A stretch of 33,954 nt of DNA, taken from the NCBI GenBank assembly GCA_032718475.1, contig JAUCBJ010005104.1, positions 1 to 33,954 on the forward strand, in the 5' to 3' direction. Positions 33,201 through 33,954 of the stretch are shown here, in pieces. The DNA comes from Nemertoderma westbladi. Lineage: Eukaryota > Animalia > Xenacoelomorpha. The notes below the pieces were generated by a model, which saw only the letters and a list, made by a program, of their open reading frames with translations, ran no database searches and was not told where the DNA came from. Position 1 is the first letter of the stretch; the number at the start of each line of letters is the position of its first letter. The position numbers were made by a program, and so were the translations under genes.

Positions 33201-33431
33201 GACGAGGAGATAGAAGACCAACCGGATGGGATGGATGTCGACGATCCGTGGAACGATACGGAGGTCGCCTACGCCGACGCGATTCAAGATTCAAAATCGA
33301 AGATTTCGAAAATCTGTTGCGAATTGAAGAGAAGCAACCCGGGTAAGAGCAACGCGTCCGTGTCCTGGTCGCTTAGCAACGGGGCTAAGAGCAATACGCC
33401 TGGTACATCCTGGTCTCCGGCCTGGAAGTAG
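30273..33431 (+). CDS. Multi-zinc-finger protein, 1052 aa, paralog of 21618-24671 (~17 C2H2/C2HC fingers, acidic C-terminal region)
   Basis: 3.1-kb open frame with an in-frame stop just upstream of the ATG. Shares VCPxCxxxCYNSxGxLYxH...HILxHINIVFNxCxLCGxxFDCPxRxAxH...MHGGxY, FxNxTxFxDHK and LVSxxxxIxIxxFxKIxC modules with the first gene. Confidence 0.93.
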   Translation: MKSKNKKLRESETQSNAPPWKTVIHASNNEISSTGRSMTPSSQLTHGSWEKVCPACAEYCYNSPGILYYHYATEHVTNNMCLPCDLPFDNESMKHQHILQHINIVFNSCHLCGVTFDCPQRLADHVKVMHGGRYHTSAMIKGTSESSGSSPRKSAKSPGRYLSDEASNIVQNIPTNNIDESEISEGEETTNESQCEKQYDDKFLYYGINSMEPVSANTAYIACIACSNSVYGLSKFRKHFIDKHTDKDKSLCFVCDSSFNSVQKFVGHVRHHVSESLYRCSACEETFALKRDFLKHLALHGTSEFARSTIYTPNQLVGSALSSQNYKLQPNVVIKKEPIFKLVAERDISNVVETLIASTPGSNRSDEMLYYGFDSLKPIKAKFAAIPCICGEVCVGIENLKTHLYASHTTNNNFCTICEKSFSGSKHIMRHVNRARFTCSVCQKSFFERLLLLRHMHHHKPEEFSSFQDGGGEDISQGVNESSSADGHRQENNSVEDSTLFSCTKCPQKFENYTDFIDHKVDCASSNASKRIFKECPFCERNHIASNYKRHILVCQKKIKAKLIGKNIEPVNTAQTFTRTCKICKKVCRTSYNMKRHLAACYREFLASKKSKNPSNSVAGKGKEGVITATADGKFICPHCNLSFDWKSYLIRHLHTHAKKTSQAKLPVSKIKSKIAGSSRLYTYICSFCQRCFNTPGNLGRHIRDSCPVRKSQSSAAVVPHGEAQNGIDPSPSAPEEHDNPAAQCSVPKIVAAIGSKKSSKKISMKPWSTVLVSYKDNIVIRQFGKIICINCSKRLPTKISYTKHFLEEHTDRRSVCKHCDVTPRTSLRKHIANHVYHSNFSCPRCDTSFPKKRAMIRHMRVAHSVKLTVMSSNSVQFWEDAASDLASSTTNETSAEIFTGFDFEDNSVAKRNDVEPGCGQTAERFEENRGVIGEKDGASSEPVNSTHSNNIDCAASELVDEEFNELGMENTESFADEEIEDQPDGMDVDDPWNDTEVAYADAIQDSKSKISKICCELKRSNPGKSNASVSWSLSNGAKSNTPGTSWSPAWK

Positions 33432-33954
33432 ACATTGTCTTCTAGACAACGACAAACTGTTTATTATGTTACTTTTTTTTATATATAAACGTTCATCTGT
33501 CTGTCTTTATCTTTACTGAACTGAACATATTGTGTGTGCGGTTACAGATATTTTGTGTTTATTGGTAATTAATTATAATGTGCGACAGTTCACTAGAATT
33601 GTATTTTGCGTTGTAATATAAATACACTATTGACTGATATTTCGGATTTTTCTAATAGTAATACTGTAACGATTAGTTTTAACCCAATACAATTTTATTT
33701 AACATTTTAGGATATTTTAATATAAAAATGTTGAATTTCCTTTAATTTTCAATAATTTAATTATTGTCGGTTAAATTATTTTGATAAAAAACATTTTATA
33801 TTTTTGATTTTTCCGATTATGCGAATTGGTTCTCAAAAGGCACATTTTGCTTTCCATTATTTTCTAAATATCGTTTCATCGTTCAGTTGATTTCGTTGCA
33901 GTTGGAGTAAGGGGGCGTTGCAAGGATTCTCAATCAAAGATTTAGGATGTCGTA

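Noticed and set aside
32658-33287. 209-aa antisense ORF (and other short ORFs inside the two genes)
   Set aside because: Shadow of the GC-rich sense ORF, with no recognisable motifs.

Overview
AT-rich metazoan genomic DNA, probably a marine invertebrate (inferred from the repeat families present); no prokaryotic features. The first ~21.3 kb is a nested transposon graveyard. It holds two families of RTE-type LINEs, two copies of a ~1.1-kb near-palindromic TTAA-flanked (Kolobok-like) element, a 2.1-kb P-element-like foldback whose two arms each carry a decayed THAP-domain start, a decayed BEL/Pao LTR retrotransposon with nested tandem duplications, and smaller MITEs. Much of this sits between two inverted arms built from a ~52-bp subrepeat. 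The last ~12.5 kb holds two tandem paralogous, uninterrupted ~1000-aa ORFs made of C2H2 triplets and C2HC fingers, each with a PxVxL-like (HP1-binding-type) motif. Between them is a Helentron/HINE-like element carrying CTCF-like motifs. Non-coding DNA is rich in TA-xxx-TA words that resemble transposon excision footprints. All alignments and counts were done by eye.
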